Positions 20,707-30,275 of a stretch of DNA of 64,000 bases are shown here, in pieces (within the stretch, counting starts at the first letter, position 1; the number at the start of each line of letters is the position of its first letter). A program made the translations under genes and the position numbers. The DNA lies in assembly GCA_022703055.1 (NCBI GenBank), contig JAKLEP010000003.1, positions 86,238 through 150,237 of the forward strand, given 5' to 3'. The notes beneath the pieces were generated by a model. The model made no database searches, was not told where the DNA came from, and saw only the letters and a program-made list of their open reading frames with translations. This stretch comes from Candidatus Omnitrophota bacterium (GTDB taxonomy: Bacteria; Omnitrophota; Gorgyraeia; VGKH01).

Positions 20707-21930
20707 TCACCTCTTAATCAGATTGAATTTTTTATCTAATGCTTTTACAGCCAATCGACCTAGTTTTTGTTTGACTATACAGGAGATGCTAATCTCGGAT
20801 GTGGAAATCATCTCGATATTGATTTTATTTTCTGCCAAGACCTTAAACATCTTAGCGGCAATCCCCGGATGAGACTTCATTCCTATTCCGACGATCGAAA
20901 CGCGGGCAATGGCACTGTCCTTGATAACATCGCCGGCCTTAATCTGCTTGGCGACTTTCTTGGTCATAGCTAAAGCCTTGGGTAAATCGGTCCTTGGGAC
21001 GGTAAATGAAATATCTGTCTGTCGGGTGTGGCTTACGTTCTGGACGATCATATCGACGTTGACTCCGACTTTGGAAATATCTTCAAATATCCTGGCGGCA
21101 ATGCCGGGCTTATCAGGAACATTACATATTGTCAGTTTTGCCTCTTTATTGTTTAAAGTTACCCCTCTTACGAAGACTCCTTCCATCTTTTTTGACTCTT
21201 TAACGATCATTGTCCCCTCCTTAGTGGAAAAAGATGATCTGACATGAATGGGAATATTAAATTTCTTGGCGACTTCTATAGAGCGCGCCTGCATGACCTG
21301 TGCGCCTAAAGATGCCATCTCTAACATTTCATCATAAGTAATTGATTCAATCTTTTTTGCTTTACGGTCTATGCGAGGATCGGAAGTAAAGATCCCTTCA
21401 ACGTCGGTATAAATCTCGCACATTTTTGCATTTAAGGTTTCAGTCAAAGCGACAGCAGTCAAATCAGAACCGCCGCGACCAAGAGTGGTAATATCTTCAT
21501 TCTTGGTAACGCCCTGAAAACCAGCAACAATAACCACCTTATCTTCTTTTAGGGCGTTAACAATCCTTTTAGCATCGATTCTTACAATTCGCGCCTTGGT
21601 ATGAGTGGAATCGGTAATGATACCGACCTGACCGCCAGTAAAGGAAATAGCGTCGTGCCCCAGCTCTTCGATTGCCATGGCTAGGAGCGCACAAGAAATC
21701 TGCTCACCAGTAGCCATTAACATATCCATTTCGCGCTCGGGCGGGTTTTGAGAAATCTTATCTGCCAGTTCAATTAGCTCATCTGTGGTATCGCCTAAAG
21801 CCGAAACCACTACCACCAAGTCGTATCCATCTTTTTTATAGGATGCGACGCGCTTGGCAACCTCTTTTATCCTTTCGGGATTGGCGACCGAGGAGCCGCC
21901 ATATTTCTGTACAATTAAACCTTTCGACAT
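20707..21930 (-). CDS. lysC: Aspartate kinase
   Basis: [10 protein letters not shown] and [12 protein letters not shown] motifs, tandem ACT domains, 407 aa. Confidence 0.9.
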   Translation of the reverse strand: MSKGLIVQKYGGSSVANPERIKEVAKRVASYKKDGYDLVVVVSALGDTTDELIELADKISQNPPEREMDMLMATGEQISCALLAMAIEELGHDAISFTGGQVGIITDSTHTKARIVRIDAKRIVNALKEDKVVIVAGFQGVTKNEDITTLGRGGSDLTAVALTETLNAKMCEIYTDVEGIFTSDPRIDRKAKKIESITYDEMLEMASLGAQVMQARSIEVAKKFNIPIHVRSSFSTKEGTMIVKESKKMEGVFVRGVTLNNKEAKLTICNVPDKPGIAARIFEDISKVGVNVDMIVQNVSHTRQTDISFTVPRTDLPKALAMTKKVAKQIKAGDVIKDSAIARVSIVGIGMKSHPGIAAKMFKVLAENKINIEMISTSEISISCIVKQKLGRLAVKALDKKFNLIKR

Positions 21931-23513
21931 AGTAGCCCCTTTTTGAAAACGTGTTTTGCTTCCATTGCCATTACCAAACCCAATATTATTAAAATTAATG
22001 CAATCGAAAATAAAAAGTAATTACCACTTCTCAAATAGCTGAATGATTGATAAAGAAGCGCTGTAATCGTGGTAATTATCATAAAAACTGCAGGTATCAC
22101 AGTATAAATAAGTGGTTTATTCTTGCATAGCAGCCATGCACTGATGACAATCAACGCAAGAGCTGCAACCAATTGATTTGATGCGCCGAATATTGGCCAG
22201 ATCTTATTCCATTGACCGGATAAAGCCAAGGCCCCGCCGCAAACAACAATTATAAAAGTGGAAAGATAACGGTTTTTAATCCCGGTTAATTCCTCAGTTA
22301 GATAACGCGCGATACGAGCAGCAGTATCAAGCGTAGTCAGGATAAAGGCATTCAATATGGTTATGGCAATAAATCCTCCATATTGCCCCAAAACCGGTTT
22401 AGATATACCGTCGAATCCAAGGCCGAATAATCTTACCGGGCCCATCTCTTTTAGGGATATAGACAAGTTTGCCGACGAGATTCCTGCAGTGACTGCAATA
22501 ACTGCCAACAGCGCTACAATCCCTTCGGCAACCATTCCGCCATAGCCGATTTTTTTAGCATCAGCTTCAGTTGCAATCTGCTTGGAACTTGTGCCCGATG
22601 CAATAAGTGAATGGAATCCCGAAATCGCCCCGCAGGCAATGGTCACGCACATCATCGGCCATAATGCCCCTTCTGTTGAACGCCAACCGACAAAAGCAGA
22701 AGAATTTAAATTAGGATGAAGGATACATAAACCTAAATATCCGAAACCAACTCCGGCAAAAAGCAAAAAGCTAGAAAGATAATCTCGCGGCTGCAAAAGT
22801 ATGTTTACCGGCAAAATCGAAGCAAAAAAACAATAAGCTAATAAAACTACCGACCATATAAGCATCCCGTTATTTTGTATATTTACTGGGATAATATTCC
22901 CTAAGAAAATTAAAGCCACAAGACATGACAAACCTATAACGGTCGCAACAACGGTATTCATTCTTAAACGATACAGCATAAAACCCACTACCATAGCTAC
23001 CGGAATTAAGCCTAATGAAGGCAAAACAATCTTTGGCTCTTTGACAAAGGTATCGGCGCAAAAATAAACAAACACTGCAATGACAAGAATCAAAGTCATC
23101 CAGACAAAACAGGAAAAAATCATTTTTGCCCTTCGGGAAATTGTCTGGTTAGCGATATCTGCAATAGAACTCCCGCCCTCTCTTACCGAAGTAATAAGCG
23201 AACCGAAATCATGCACACCGCCGATTAAAATTGACCCAAGAACTATCCAAATTAACGCCGGAAACCATCCCCATAGCACACAGGCAATGACCGGCCCGAT
23301 TATCGGACCTGCGCCGGCAATTGATGCAAAATGGTGGCCAAAAAGTACCAGCCAATGCCTGGCTGGTACATAGTCCACCCCGTCAAATTTGGTATTGGCC
23401 GGAGTGGGACGCTTAGGATCAATTTCCCAAAGCCTTTCAAATTTCCCGCCATAATATTTGTAGCCGATAAAAAATAAAAGAAATGCAGCAATGATTATGA
23501 TTAGCGAATTCAT
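21915..23513 (-). CDS. cstA: Carbon starvation protein CstA (peptide/pyruvate transporter family)
   Basis: HFASIAGAGPIIGPV motif; polytopic; 532 aa. Confidence 0.85.
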   Translation of the reverse strand: MNSLIIIIAAFLLFFIGYKYYGGKFERLWEIDPKRPTPANTKFDGVDYVPARHWLVLFGHHFASIAGAGPIIGPVIACVLWGWFPALIWIVLGSILIGGVHDFGSLITSVREGGSSIADIANQTISRRAKMIFSCFVWMTLILVIAVFVYFCADTFVKEPKIVLPSLGLIPVAMVVGFMLYRLRMNTVVATVIGLSCLVALIFLGNIIPVNIQNNGMLIWSVVLLAYCFFASILPVNILLQPRDYLSSFLLFAGVGFGYLGLCILHPNLNSSAFVGWRSTEGALWPMMCVTIACGAISGFHSLIASGTSSKQIATEADAKKIGYGGMVAEGIVALLAVIAVTAGISSANLSISLKEMGPVRLFGLGFDGISKPVLGQYGGFIAITILNAFILTTLDTAARIARYLTEELTGIKNRYLSTFIIVVCGGALALSGQWNKIWPIFGASNQLVAALALIVISAWLLCKNKPLIYTVIPAVFMIITTITALLYQSFSYLRSGNYFLFSIALILIILGLVMAMEAKHVFKKGLLCRKV

Positions 23514-24712
23514 TTAATCCCTTTTATCAAATAATCCATTAGCTGATATCCATGTTCAAACTTAAGCTGAGCGTCTTTAGCGCTTTTTTCATCAAAAGTG
23601 GTAATTGTCCCAGCTGGAATATCAGTTCCGTAAACTGCAAAACACACCGGGTCGCTGACATGAGTTCTCGCGGAAATCGGCGTGGCGTGGTCTGGTACAA
23701 CCATAATCCGAAAATCTTCTTTATTTTCAAAATGTTTTAAGATAGGACCAATTATCTCGCGATCAATTCTTTCAAAACAAGCAATCTTCATGCGCAGGTC
23801 TCCATTATGGCCAGCTTCATCTGTGGCCTCCACGTGAATGAATACAAAATCATTGGTTTTTAAGGCTTTAATCGCATGCTCGGCTTTACCGCTGTAATTC
23901 GTATCGTAATATCCAGTTGCGCCCGGGACATTAATAACCTCTAATCCCATGATTTTCCCCATACCCTTGATTAAATCAACGGCGGAAATAACCGCTCCGC
24001 TAACACCATATTTATCTACAAAACTAGGGATGTTCGCTGTCTTACCGGGGCTCCAAAGCCAAATCATATTAGCCGGATTTTCCTTTAAGTCAATCCTGAC
24101 ATGATTTATATCCTGGCTCAACAACACTTCCTTAGAAGCATTCATTAAATTGATTAATTCTCCCGCGCCTTTTCCCCTTGGCAAATACCTAGCTATGTCT
24201 TTACCGAGAATATCATGCGGTGGAGTACAATTTATTCGAGAAAAATCTACATCTTGGGTATTTTTTATCACCATCAGATGGCGATAGCTTACGCCGTGGT
24301 AAAATTTAATTGTCTTGCTACCTAATTTTACATCCAAAGATTTTATAAGGATACTGGCTTCTTTGCTGGTAATATGCCCTGCGCTATAATCAACCATTTT
24401 GTCATTTTCGATTGTCACAAGGTTGCAGCGAAAAGCCACATCACCTTCGGCAAGTTCTACCCCCAAATTTGCCGCCTCCAGCGGGCCTCGCCCTGTGTAA
24501 TATTTTTTAGGATCGTACCCCAATATCGAAAGATTGGCCACATCTGATGCCGGAGTCATACCAGCAGGAACAGTGCTTACCATTCCTACCTGACCGTTAG
24601 CAGCGATAAAATTTATATTGTCTTTGTGTGCAACCTCTAATGGTGTTCTCCCCTGCAATTCCTCAAGAGGATAGTCGCACATTCCATCGGGAACCAGGAC
24701 AACGTATTTCAT
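23510..24712 (-). CDS. Cofactor-independent phosphoglycerate-mutase homolog (ApgM family); proposed non-canonical homoserine kinase from context
   Basis: 400 aa. MKYVVLVPDGMCDYPLEELQGRTPLEVA...GMTPASDVANLSILGYDP. The gene is embedded between thrC/hom and lysC, and no thrB is present in the operon. Confidence 0.75.
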   Translation of the reverse strand: MKYVVLVPDGMCDYPLEELQGRTPLEVAHKDNINFIAANGQVGMVSTVPAGMTPASDVANLSILGYDPKKYYTGRGPLEAANLGVELAEGDVAFRCNLVTIENDKMVDYSAGHITSKEASILIKSLDVKLGSKTIKFYHGVSYRHLMVIKNTQDVDFSRINCTPPHDILGKDIARYLPRGKGAGELINLMNASKEVLLSQDINHVRIDLKENPANMIWLWSPGKTANIPSFVDKYGVSGAVISAVDLIKGMGKIMGLEVINVPGATGYYDTNYSGKAEHAIKALKTNDFVFIHVEATDEAGHNGDLRMKIACFERIDREIIGPILKHFENKEDFRIMVVPDHATPISARTHVSDPVCFAVYGTDIPAGTITTFDEKSAKDAQLKFEHGYQLMDYLIKGIK

Positions 24713-25350
24713 AGCCTCTCATCTATCCTTTTTAATAATAACTTCGTAAGTTGATTTTTATTTTTTGCCTGCCCAATTATTTTTTTATCCCTATCAACGA
24801 TATATGCATTATAATTATTGCCTTTAAAAGTATTTGCCACTACCAAATCTGCTTCGGTGGCTTTTAATAATTTGAATGCGCGCGCAATCAGTGCAGCTTT
24901 TGGAACATTAAGCTCTAACTTAAATAAAACTAAGAATATTTTAGAGTTAATCTTCTTGACTCTATCTGCCAGCTTGGGAGTCAGGATTAAATCAAGCGAT
25001 AATCTCTTGAAATCTGATTTAATCTTACCCGATGAGCTTTTTTTCGGCTGATAATCAGAAACAGCGGCTGAATGTATTAAAACTGAATAATTTTTATTTA
25101 TTTCTCTGGTGAATGTTTCCTTAAAATCATCAAAATATTTAAAAGGTTTCACTTTGATGCAGTTATTAATTATCGTATTTTCAGTAGGCCCCATAAGCAG
25201 GGTAACATCTGCCCCTAGTTTTTTTGCCTGGCGAGCCAACAAAAGGCCAGTTTTACCTGAGGCAATATTACTTATTACTCTGACTTCATCAATAGGAACC
25301 CAGGTTGGCCCAGCAGTAATTAATATTTTCTTCTTCTTAAAGTCCATCAA
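24709..25350 (-). CDS. coaB: Phosphopantothenate--cysteine ligase (stand-alone CoaB domain)
   Basis: ILITAGPTWVPIDEVRVISNIASGKTG and HSAAVSDY motifs. At 213 aa it has no CoaC flavoprotein domain. Confidence 0.8.
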   Translation of the reverse strand: MMDFKKKKILITAGPTWVPIDEVRVISNIASGKTGLLLARQAKKLGADVTLLMGPTENTIINNCIKVKPFKYFDDFKETFTREINKNYSVLIHSAAVSDYQPKKSSSGKIKSDFKRLSLDLILTPKLADRVKKINSKIFLVLFKLELNVPKAALIARAFKLLKATEADLVVANTFKGNNYNAYIVDRDKKIIGQAKNKNQLTKLLLKRIDERL

Positions 25351-26405
25351 ATAATCTCTTTTAATATAGCTTCAGTTGTTGGTTTAACGACTTTGGGATT
25401 TTTAATCGATTTAATCGCCCTGTCAGGATCTTTAAGCCCATGTCCGGTCAAAATACAGGCGATACGAACCTTAGCGGAAGCACCTTTAAAAAATCCTTTT
25501 TGATTTAACTTAATCAAGCCGGCAACTGAAGCTGCCGACGCCGGCTCAACAAATACTCCTTCATTGGCCAATAGCTTATATGCATCAAGGATCTCATCAT
25601 CCGAAACCATATCAATCATGCCGCCAGATTCATCGCGCGCAGCCTCAGCATGTTTCCAGCTTGCAGGATTTCCGATTTTAATCGCTGTGGCAATTGTCTT
25701 AGGATCTTTGATTACCATTTTCTTCACGATTGGCGCAGCCCCTTCGGCTTGAAAACCCATCATCTTAGGCAAGGCTTTAATCTTCCCGATTCTCTGGTAT
25801 TCTTTATAGCCTTTCCAGTAAGCGGTGATATTGCCGGCGTTTCCGACGGGAATAAAATGATAATCGGGCGCGCTGCCCAGATAATCGCAAATTTCAAAGG
25901 CGCCGGTTTTCTGTCCTTCGATGCGATAAGGATTAAGCGAATTGACCAAAGTGATCGGATGTTTAGCAGTTATTTCTTTAACAATATTTAACGCGTCATC
26001 AAAATTGCCCTTGACCGCCAAGACTTTTGCTCCGTGAATGAGCGCCTGCGCTAATTTTCCTAAAGCAATCGCTCCTTCAGGGATAATGACGATACATCTT
26101 AAGCCAGCTTTCGCAGAATACGCTGCTGCCGAAGCTGAAGTATTCCCGGTTGAAGCGCACATCACAGCCTGTGATTTTTCCTCTTTAGCCTTGGATATTG
26201 CCACAGTCATGCCTCTGTCTTTAAACGAACCCGTCGGGTTTAAACCTTCATATTTTAGATAAACTTCGAAGTTATTACCTAATAATTTAGATAGGTTCTC
26301 AGAATAAATAAGCGGGGTATTTCCTTCCTGGAGGCTTACCACCGGAGTCTTTTCGCTAATCGGTAAATATTCGCGGTATCTATCGATAACGCCTTTGTAA
26401 TTCAT
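25347..26405 (-). CDS. thrC: Threonine synthase
   Basis: YEGLNPTGSFKDRGMT PLP-lysine motif; 352 aa. Confidence 0.9.
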   Translation of the reverse strand: MNYKGVIDRYREYLPISEKTPVVSLQEGNTPLIYSENLSKLLGNNFEVYLKYEGLNPTGSFKDRGMTVAISKAKEEKSQAVMCASTGNTSASAAAYSAKAGLRCIVIIPEGAIALGKLAQALIHGAKVLAVKGNFDDALNIVKEITAKHPITLVNSLNPYRIEGQKTGAFEICDYLGSAPDYHFIPVGNAGNITAYWKGYKEYQRIGKIKALPKMMGFQAEGAAPIVKKMVIKDPKTIATAIKIGNPASWKHAEAARDESGGMIDMVSDDEILDAYKLLANEGVFVEPASAASVAGLIKLNQKGFFKGASAKVRIACILTGHGLKDPDRAIKSIKNPKVVKPTTEAILKEII

Positions 26406-27706
26406 TAAAGCTCCTTTTCTATCCTGATAGCGACGGGATAATCCCTAATAACGGCTAATTTATAAATTTTCTCAAGCGCCAAGCGTAAGTTCTTTTCCTT
26501 TGATTCATGGGTCAACATTATAATAGGCACTATTTTAGCTCTTCTTCTTCCTTTTTGAGTCACAGAAGATATGCTTATGCCAAATTTTCCTAAAACGCCT
26601 GCAATTCTTGCCAAGACTCCTGGCTTATCAATCGCCATAAATCTAATGTAATATTTTGATTGGATATCGGCGATCTTAACCAATTTTTCCAATTCCGGCT
26701 TTCTTAAAAACAATTTTTCGCTGAAGGTATTGCTTGAAGACTGCAAATCCCTGGCTAAATCTATCAAATCGCTGGCAACGCCAGATGCAGCAGAAAGCTG
26801 CCCCGCGCCTTGGCCGTAAAGAAGCAAGTCCCCCATCATGTCAGTATTGATGTAAACTGCATTAAAAATTCCGTTGACTGAGGACAGCATATTTTCTTTT
26901 GGCACCATCGTAGGATGGACTCTTACGTCTAGCGCCTTACCTTCCTTTTTTGCGATAGCCAATAATTTAATTACTAAATTCATTTCTTCGGCAAACTTGA
27001 TATCGGAAAGCGAAATCTTAGAGATTCCTTCAATATAAATATCTTCTAATTTGAATAGTTTTCCAAATGCCAAATATACCAAAATCAATAATTTATGGGC
27101 GCTATCAATTCCTTCAATATCCAAAGAAGGGTTTCTTTCGGCGAATCCTTTCTTTTTAGCATCCAAAAGTGCGTTATTAAATGAACATCCTAATTCTGAC
27201 ATCCTGGTAAGGACAAAATTGGAAGTCCCGTTTATCACGCCAAATATACCTTCGACTTTATTAGCTATTATTGATTCGCGCAAAGTCTTTATAATGGGGA
27301 TGCCGGCACCGACAGAGGCTTCAAAATAAATATTCCTCTTATAATGCCTGGCGGCTTTGAAGATATCCTTCCCTTCCTGTGCAAGAAGGGCCTTGTTGGC
27401 AGTAACCACGTGCTTCTTCTTGGAAAGAGAATTTATAATTATATCTTTGGCAGGATTGATCCCGCCAATCAACTCCACAACCACATCAATTTCCGGATCG
27501 TTAATGATATCATTGACGTTTTTAGTCTTTATGTATCTGTCCAATTTAACCGGACGGCGAGTAATAAAATCCTTGTCGCATACGCGCTTTACCACAAATT
27601 CAAAACCCGTTTTTTCCTTTATTAAAGATTTTCTTTCTCTTAATATCTTAAGCAGGCCTACGCCTACGGTTCCAAAGCCTACCAGCCCGATATTGATTTT
27701 TTTCAT
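26405..27706 (-). CDS. hom: Homoserine dehydrogenase
   Basis: INIGLVGFGTVG Rossmann motif and a C-terminal ACT domain. The ATG at 27706 forms an ATGA overlap with the PilZ stop. The track start at 27712 is a TTG. Confidence 0.9.
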   Translation of the reverse strand: MKKINIGLVGFGTVGVGLLKILRERKSLIKEKTGFEFVVKRVCDKDFITRRPVKLDRYIKTKNVNDIINDPEIDVVVELIGGINPAKDIIINSLSKKKHVVTANKALLAQEGKDIFKAARHYKRNIYFEASVGAGIPIIKTLRESIIANKVEGIFGVINGTSNFVLTRMSELGCSFNNALLDAKKKGFAERNPSLDIEGIDSAHKLLILVYLAFGKLFKLEDIYIEGISKISLSDIKFAEEMNLVIKLLAIAKKEGKALDVRVHPTMVPKENMLSSVNGIFNAVYINTDMMGDLLLYGQGAGQLSAASGVASDLIDLARDLQSSSNTFSEKLFLRKPELEKLVKIADIQSKYYIRFMAIDKPGVLARIAGVLGKFGISISSVTQKGRRRAKIVPIIMLTHESKEKNLRLALEKIYKLAVIRDYPVAIRIEKEL

Positions 27707-28071
27707 TTCCAACCTTCTCCTTTGGTTTTTCTTACGAAGAAATCGACGGTTTCCTTCAATAATTCCCTGGAAGACACATCCAATTCAACAAAGCTGACAC
27801 GAGTATTGTAAATCAGGCCGTCGACTACAAGCTTTGACTCTATAACCTTAGCCTCAAGGTTAATCCCCATCACGGAAATAGGAGTTTTTAATTCGACCTC
27901 TAAAATAGTCCCTGGAAGGAAATCTTCGGAGGTAGTAAAAAACATGCCGCCTTCTGAGATGTCTTTAATCTGGGAGACTTCGCGTTTACCTTCTTTATTC
28001 TTTACTTTGTAGGTAACTACGAATTGGCGTTTTATTCTTTCATGAGTCCTGCGTTCTTTTTTGTCTGCCAT
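27703..28071 (-). CDS. Single-domain PilZ protein (putative c-di-GMP receptor)
   Basis: RRTHERIKR (RxxxR) and DISEGGMFF (DxSxxG). AAGGAGG lies 6 nt before the ATG at 28071. Confidence 0.75.
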   Translation of the reverse strand: MADKKERRTHERIKRQFVVTYKVKNKEGKREVSQIKDISEGGMFFTTSEDFLPGTILEVELKTPISVMGINLEAKVIESKLVVDGLIYNTRVSFVELDVSSRELLKETVDFFVRKTKGEGWK

Positions 28072-28129
28072 TTTCAACCTCCTTTAAAAGAGATTGCCCT
28101 ATCTTAAGCTGGGTTATTTTTAAATAATC

Positions 28130-28150
28130 GAGTCGGGGAGGCGGGAATTG
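28130..28150 (-). repeat. Diverged third copy (17/21) of the tRNA-Pro 3'-terminal 21-mer
   Basis: Minus strand CAATTCCCGCCTCCCCGACTC against the tRNA's CAAGTCCCACCTCCCCGACCA. It is preceded by the same GAGCCTYGGSACTT + stem motif seen in copy 2. Confidence 0.7.
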
Positions 28151-28205
28151 CGAGCCGCATTTAATTTTATTTCGGCTGCTAAGTCCCAAGGCTCCACCTC
28201 GTCAT

Positions 28206-28475
28206 CTATTTCTTAAGCCGAGTGAAACTGCCTTCTTTCATTAATCTTTTTTTATTCTCTCGGCTAAGAGTTTTAACCTCTATTTCTCGCTTTTTAGCCT
28301 CAGACTGAGATTTAATCTTTTCGGTATATACCAACTTTACTGGCCTTCTTGACCTAGTATATTTGGCTCCGTCTCCCGAATTATGCCGTACTATCCTTTT
28401 CTCTAAGTCTGTAGTAATACCAGTATAAAAAGAGCTATCCGAACACTTAAGAATATATAGATACCAGATTTTCAT
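28206..28475 (-). CDS. GIY-YIG nuclease family protein (UPF0213/COG2827-like)
   Basis: 89 aa from the ATG at 28475. WYLYILKCSDSSFYTGITTDLEKRIVRHNSGDGAKYTRSRRPVKLVY carries the GIY...YIG-type motifs. A GAGGGG SD is upstream. Confidence 0.85.
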   Translation of the reverse strand: MKIWYLYILKCSDSSFYTGITTDLEKRIVRHNSGDGAKYTRSRRPVKLVYTEKIKSQSEAKKREIEVKTLSRENKKRLMKEGSFTRLKK

Positions 28476-28545
28476 TCCGTTTGCCCCTCGCTGTATAATT
28501 AAAAACAATTCAGCTCGGGATCATTTTTGCTGAAAAATAAAACTA

Positions 28546-28573
28546 TAGCAAAATGGTCGGGGAGGTGGGACTT
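28546..28573 (-). repeat. Exact 28-nt duplicate of the tRNA-Pro 3' end plus 7 downstream nt (same sequence as 28731..28758)
   Basis: agcaaaatggtcggggaggtgggacttg occurs identically at both positions on the plus strand. Confidence 0.9.
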
Positions 28574-28737
28574 GCGAGTCGCCTCCTCTTTTATTCTAGC
28601 GACGAAGTGCCGAGGCTCTTAATGCAAATTTAAGAGCTGAGGCAAACCTTCAGTCTTTCAACTTGTTGTCCCTCGTTGTCAAAATAAACCCGTGAACAGC
28701 TCGGGATCATTTTGCTTAAAATCAAAGCAAAAGCAAA

Positions 28738-28816
28738 ATGGTCGGGGAGGTGGGACTTGAACCCACGACCTTTTGAACCCCATTCAAACGCGCTAAGCCA
28801 AACTGCGCTACTCCCC
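28738..28816 (-). tRNA. tRNA-Pro (anticodon GGG), CCA encoded
   Basis: Cloverleaf: CGGGGAG-TA-GCGC-AGTTTGGCTTA-GCGC-G-TTTGA-ATGGGGT-TCAAA-AGGTC-GTGGG-TTCAAGT-CCCAC-CTCCCCG-A-CCA (79 nt). Confidence 0.9.
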
Positions 28817-28880
28817 GAATAGCCATAATTTTCAATTTTTGCGATTCGATACCGAGCCTGCTAAGGCGAGGTGCCGATTT

Positions 28881-29876
28881 TTAAAATTCGCTCTTCCTTC
28901 GTCTTAGCATCAAATCGTCAACTGCCCGAATAGGCGTTTTATTTTTATATAAAACTAAGTATATCTCTTTAATAATGGGCATATCGACTTTGTGTTTACG
29001 GCTTAAGAAATATGCTGATTTTGCCGTTGGAACTCCCTCGGCAACCATCTCTGTATCCTTTAAAATATCTTTGAGTTTCCTGCCGCGGCCAATCTGTTCA
29101 CCAACATATCTGTTTCGGCTAAACGGGCTGATGCAGGTAGTGACTAAATCTCCCAAGCCGCTTATCCCACTAAAAGTCTTAGCTTCAGCGCCCAAAACAA
29201 CACCCAGACGAGTTATTTCGGCGAGACCGCGAGACAGAATCGCTGCTTTAGTATTAGTGCCAAACCTTAATCCATCCGAAATTCCGCAGGCAATAGCGAT
29301 AATATTCTTAAGGCTGCCTCCTAATTCCACACCGATGACATCGCTATTGGTATAAACCCTAAATCTATCAGTAATCAAAATATCCTGAATTTCTTTTGCC
29401 AGTTTTATATCTTTGCTGGCCACAACTGCGGTAGTGGGGACGTATCTTGCAACTTCATAGGCGATAGTTGGCCCAGACAATACCGCTAATTTAACTTTCC
29501 CCAATACGTCAAAGACGACTTCCGACATACGTTTTAATGTTGATGTCTCAATTCCTTTAACCACGCTTAAGAATATTTTACCGGGCTCGTTGTATATCCT
29601 TAACTTAATCAAAACATTCCTTAGATATTGCGAAGGGACTGCCAGAATAATCAAATCCGCATCCAAAACAGCTTCTTTTAAGCTATCAGTAATCAAAATT
29701 CCTTTCGGGATTTTTACGCCGCTCAAGAATTTTGTATTTATCCTTCTTTTATCCAAAAGTCCGGCGTAATCTTTGAAGGCGCTCCAAAGTTTTATCTTGT
29801 ATCCTTTTTTATGAAGAATGATGGCCAAGGTTGTTCCCCAACCACCGTCTCCTATAACTGAAATATTTTTTATCAT
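28881..29876 (-). CDS. gpsA: NAD(P)H-dependent glycerol-3-phosphate dehydrogenase
   Basis: ISVIGDGGWGTTLA and GSLKNIIAIACG motifs; 331 aa. Confidence 0.9.
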   Translation of the reverse strand: MIKNISVIGDGGWGTTLAIILHKKGYKIKLWSAFKDYAGLLDKRRINTKFLSGVKIPKGILITDSLKEAVLDADLIILAVPSQYLRNVLIKLRIYNEPGKIFLSVVKGIETSTLKRMSEVVFDVLGKVKLAVLSGPTIAYEVARYVPTTAVVASKDIKLAKEIQDILITDRFRVYTNSDVIGVELGGSLKNIIAIACGISDGLRFGTNTKAAILSRGLAEITRLGVVLGAEAKTFSGISGLGDLVTTCISPFSRNRYVGEQIGRGRKLKDILKDTEMVAEGVPTAKSAYFLSRKHKVDMPIIKEIYLVLYKNKTPIRAVDDLMLRRRKSEF

Positions 29877-29885
29877 ATTAGTATT

Positions 29886-30266
29886 TTATTTAAAAACTAT
29901 CCCTGGTATAGGTTTTTCTTCCCTGGTTATAAATCTGACTCCAGTATCATAATTCGAGGCAGAAAGTTTTTTCTGCCAGACGACCTTACCCAAAATTCCC
30001 TGCTGAATAACCACACTGTTCTTTTCAATCTCTTTACAAAGCTCAATGGCTCCGGCATCTAATTTTAACCAAAGCACTGTATCCTTGGCGACTTTTTCAT
30101 TTAAATTACAACGGAGCCCGGAATTGCTGATATCTCTCGTATAGCCTTCAAGAATTTTACAGATAGTTGTCCGTTTGCAAAGTTTATACATCAACGGCTT
30201 GCGATAGCTCAAACGGATGAATCTTCTGCGCTCTGCACCTGTAAATTTCTTGCTTTTTGCTTTCAT
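29886..30266 (-). CDS. Single-domain PilZ protein
   Basis: ERRRFIRL (RxxxR) and RDISNSGLR (DxSxxG). The start is taken as the ATG at 30266, because the longer track ORF reads through tRNA-Gly. Confidence 0.7.
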   Translation of the reverse strand: MKAKSKKFTGAERRRFIRLSYRKPLMYKLCKRTTICKILEGYTRDISNSGLRCNLNEKVAKDTVLWLKLDAGAIELCKEIEKNSVVIQQGILGKVVWQKKLSASNYDTGVRFITREEKPIPGIVFK

Positions 30267-30275
30267 TTGATTATA

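Larger units (their letters stand above)
28130..28737 (-). mobile_element. Tandem array of one ORF-less (186 bp) and one intact (about 423 bp) GIY-YIG module, each ending in a copy of the tRNA-Pro 3' end. Possibly a minimal tRNA-targeting homing element, or alternatively a local tandem duplication.
   Basis: See findings for details: the exact 28-nt repeat, shared hairpin/SD architecture, the collapsed ORF in unit 1 and the intact ORF in unit 2. Confidence 0.4.

Noticed and set aside
27357-27797. 146-aa plus-strand ORF. The same reasoning applies to 10081..10584, 1812..2258, 37652..38110 and 51394..51846.
   Set aside because: All are antisense to strongly supported minus-strand genes (hom, ClC, rfbH, ftsH, ctp). 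None has any motif or start-signal support.
28553-28625. Possible second tRNA, tRNA pseudogene or intron-containing tRNA
   Set aside because: Only the last 21 nt match tRNA-Pro. Upstream sequence cannot be folded into D, anticodon or T arms. It is better explained as a repeat-terminal copy of the tRNA 3' end.
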